A stretch of DNA of 64,000 bases, from positions 10,478,001 through 10,542,000 of the forward strand of contig NC_092672.1 in assembly GCF_964355755.1 (NCBI RefSeq), written 5' to 3'. The translations under genes and the position numbers were made by a program. Under the pieces are notes generated by a model that saw nothing but the letters and a program-made list of their open reading frames with translations, was not told the DNA's origin and made no database searches. Source of the DNA: Antedon mediterranea (taxonomy: Eukaryota; Animalia; Echinodermata). This document shows positions 34,624-64,000 of the stretch, piece by piece; position 1 is the stretch's first letter; the number at the start of each line of letters is the position of its first letter.

Positions 34624-37600
34624 GTAAAGTGTTCGTATAGAAAATATTGAAGAATCTAGCAATTAAGTTAAATCGAGCATTTTTGGATGAATAATGTCGA
34701 TTTTTATCAATTATTTACTGATGTCTACTGTGGATAAATGGGAATAGAGCGTTCTCTCTCTGTTTCTTCTGGGCTGAGGCCTGTTTGGTGCGGAGCCAAG
34801 CCCATTCAGACAGCGAGGATTTTTTTATACGGAAAGGCTCGACTTTACTGGCTGTCAGTCTGGATGTTCGATCGATTATGCATGTATCTCATAGATCATA
34901 GAAAATAACTTATTATTTGTAATTGAATAAATAATTCATGTTCAATAAGTGTAATAAATAAATTGTCATAATGATATGCCTGCATCATCATAACTTGCAG
35001 ACACCATTTTTTTTCATTCATTTTTTTTTCTATTATGCTAATAAAAATTGGTGTTTTCTTTTTGTATCAGTTTATTACTAATGTAGGCCTATGTTTAATA
35101 TATTTTATTTTAATTGCATGTCTAGCTAAATTGTTGAATTTTTACAGTTAGTTTTATTGAGTTTAATTGGACATTTACAGTATCTTTCTGCCTGTAGGAC
35201 AGGTCTGTTTTTACAGTTTGTATAGTAGGTATACACAGCTTCCAATCTATATTAAAGCTACATCATTTAATGTTTAATAGAACAGTTAGGCGATAACCAT
35301 CACTATGATGATTTCACATTTAGTTTAATGTGCAATTTAAAACAAAACGCCCAAAAGTGGTGATAAGACAATGGTGTAAATTAACCCAAGGTGTGGTATG
35401 ATTCACAGATCGACACATAAATAATAAATATACTTTGTGGAGTACGTTCAAAACAATGTCCTACAATCTACCTGTGTGTAGGTTTTACGCGTACAGACAA
35501 AGCAGTATTTTCTTTCTGTACTAAATTAATAACAAACAAATTTAATATGTTGGAAAAATAGTGAATGACATGGGACACATAAAATAATTAGGTTTAACAA
35601 AATTGTGTTGGCCAGGGTTTTTGGTTAATCCCTAAATTGATAATTGTGTATTATTATAATATGATTGATTCACTGGTGCATGTTCCTTGCTTTTTGACGT
35701 CCATCGAAGGTGAAATACATTTGCCAATAATTTAGTGAAGAAGACATTTTGTTTCCATAATACCAAATGCCAACTTCCAGTTTCTTATGCTTCGGGCCGG
35801 TGGGGCGTGGCCAACACTATAGTTTTTGCCTTTTTTTTGCCTTTTATTTTTCCTATAGTAATGTATGTTGATTTATTTTCTCGCTGCCTTGTAAGCATTT
35901 ACATTCATTTATCTTTATTATCTATGTGCTCTCCTGGGCATATTCTGGCGGCCTGGCTAATTGTAATGCATTAATTAACAAACCCACACATACAGTAAGT
36001 AATAATATGATTTTGTAGACTTCACATTGATTGAAGCTTCATTGTAAATTTAGATTTAAGTGCAGTATAACTCTATGGTCTAATGCAAATGATTTTGGCA
36101 CATATTGAATCAGAGAGTTGTTTTTTTCCCAATATTTACTGTAAAAAAACTAAAAGATTGTACTTGAAAATTATTTTGTTGATTACTTTGTTGAATGAAT
36201 ACAATTTAAATTGTTATGGATAGAAGAAGAAACAGCCTTCAAAGCTCTCCACCTTTTCTAAAGCTTTTTTAAGCATTCCTCCCACTCTAGCACCTACCTA
36301 AGAAACATCTAAATAAAAAGTAGGCCTAATTGTTTTGTTTCTGACCTACCCTTAACTTCCCTGGCTACATTTGTTTAGATTTGGTATTAACAAATTATTC
36401 CAATGATTGTTAGATTGACTGGCCCATTTGAATATAACTTACCGGGTTTTGATGAATATTAATGTTTATCAGATTACTTAATTTGGAGACTTAATACAGT
36501 TTAGTACTGTACATAGCAATTTACAATCGTTTAAAACATAAAATACAGATGCATTTTAAAAAGACTCGCATAATGAACCATCGTCGGCCTTCCGCGGCCG
36601 TCTGGATATCATAGGTACAGTACTCCAGATATTATCTGCAGTGTTGTATATTCCAATAGATTGATGGTGAAAAAGAAATATGAAGACAAGAATGAATATG
36701 AAAACATACGGTATATTATAATGTAGGCCTATATTAAGATATGTATACGAATGTGACATATAGGCCTAAACCTACATAATCCTGGCGCCACCACTGTACT
36801 TTTACAGCTGCTGACGAACAGTATGTACAATCCTTTTGGCGCTAATGTAGTTACTTACCACCCCCTTAAAATTCCTTTTTCCAACCTATTCACGGGTTGT
36901 CCTCAACATCCTGTAAGCATACAATTGTAAAAAGATCAATATTTAAAAAAATTTATAACCTTTTTTAATCAAATCCGTTGCCAGTTTAACTTCTTGAAAA
37001 TCATTGCAGCCAGATAACAAGTTAAGGGCGTGGGCTCGTTCACCTAATTGTATCGTGTGTGTTGTTCGTAAAATTGTAAAATTTATTTTATCGAAAACTT
37101 GAAACCGCTTTAAAATCGAAATCAAAAATATTTACTAAACATCTAATAGTACATATATAATAGTGATATATATTATGCCGTTATCCGTTGACTCACTACC
37201 AAGTTTTACAATAACAACCCTTTTTCTCCCTTAACAAATTATTAGAATACAAACAATGAAATTAAATGTTTTGTGATCTGCCAGATGGCACAAGAAGATC
37301 AGTTTCTTTGTCAATTGTTAACAGTACCAACTTAAAAATGATGTTACTGTATGTCACAAATAGAGAGTTGCAAGAAAATTAATTTTCATTGTGCAGTTTT
37401 AGGTCTTGGCTTTCCAAGGTCGAAGTAGAAATTAATGATTACTTGCAAAAATATTATTTTGGAATATTATTGTTGGTTTAAAAAAATACTGTTTGTAGAA
37501 GTAGTATGTAGGTCAGCCTTAAGTGCTCCCACCCAGTTAAATTATAATTCTGTTTGTTTTATTTAACTCTAATTGTAGTGAATGAATACATGGTCGATTT

Positions 37601-38283
37601 TCCCTGAGAGAAAAAATACTATTTTTAAGTATGTAACTGATGTGGACCCATCCTCAGTTTAACAAAGCAAACTTGGGGTACATGAACATATAGAATGGTT
37701 TTTTTTCCAACCATCCTTAATTTGTTGATACACATCCTAAACTTTCCTAACATAAATTGTTGTTGTTTTTTTTTTCAGGTTCCCTGGAGCACACCCAGCA
37801 CGTAGATATTTTTTTCAATTTTCTATTATAGGTAAGTTAAAATATTGTCGTGCACTTTTAATGATTTTATTTATTTAATTGTATCTGTTTTGTTAATGAT
37901 TTTCATTCAAACATGTAAACAATAAAAATAAATTTTTTATGATTTTTAGATTTTATTTTATTTTTATGACTATTAATATTATTCCTGCTATAGAATATTT
38001 TCCTATTCATGCTAAAAAATATGTTATCTACTTTTAAGCCAGTGTAAATTAGAATATAGTTAAAGTTCCAATATTTAAAGGAAAAGAGTACATTATAGTT
38101 TTGGTGTGACCCAATAATTTGGTGAAATCTGAGAAAATTGCATTAATCCAAATTAAAAATGTAAAACTATAAAAATGTTAGAGATTCAAGTCATCACAGT
38201 TTTATTCTGATTTACCCTGTTTTATTGTGCACACATTTAATAAATATGTTTTTATTTTCACAGTATTTAAAAAATTTTCAAAG

Positions 38284-63573
<25,290 letters not shown>

Positions 63574-64000
63574 GTATGTACCTGTTTTCAATGTCTAATT
63601 TATGTATTTAATATTCAGACGGCCATAGTCTGAGGTACAGTTACTCAACATATAGAATATACACTGGTTATTACCAATAAATGTCAATATGATGCTTAAC
63701 GCAAGGTGCAATTTACCTGTGAGCATTGAAGTAATTGTGTGTACACAATGCTAGCGCGTACCATTACATTGTGAATTGTCTGTAGTAAGGTTGAAGTACC
63801 TTAATCCAAAACACTACCCATGGCTTACACCGAACAAACTGCTACTTTGGAGCTTACTTCGGAGTGTTCCTATTCCGTCTTGTATTTAAAATTATTGTAA
63901 TTATATTTAACAATAATGAAACTAGCATCATGATTTTTTTTTTTTTTTTAAACAAACCAAAATGCAAAAATCGGTATAAATATTAATTGATTTAAATATT

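Overview
AT-rich, intron-rich animal genomic DNA. An invertebrate deuterostome such as an echinoderm is inferred from the proteins, the SINE types and the TAGGCCTA-rich low-complexity tracts. Three genes were assembled exon by exon by hand. (1) A complete 22-exon ClC-6 Cl-/H+ exchanger (CLCN6, minus strand, 776-16396, 858 aa). (2) A complete 13-exon tRNA pseudouridine 38/39 synthase (PUS3, plus strand, 16628-27036, 488 aa), head-to-head with CLCN6 across 231 bp. (3) A heterotrimeric G-protein beta subunit (GNB1-type, plus strand, from 38284, last exon beyond the window). Most notable: the CLCN6 3'UTR is a tandem array made of copies of its own last codons plus stop codon; an opposite-strand terminal exon of an unidentified gene lies in the last CLCN6 intron; CLCN6 has one U12-type intron and one GC-AG intron. 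The window also holds a hammerhead-ribozyme-like motif, P-superfamily relics (THAP relic, MITE with 7-bp TSD, 30-bp excision-footprint-like palindrome), a Sola2-like transposon with ~690-bp TIRs, and many hAT-, pogo-, Harbinger- and Kolobok-like MITEs and SINEs. Family assignments come from recalled motifs, not database searches. Most entries in the ORF track are spurious.
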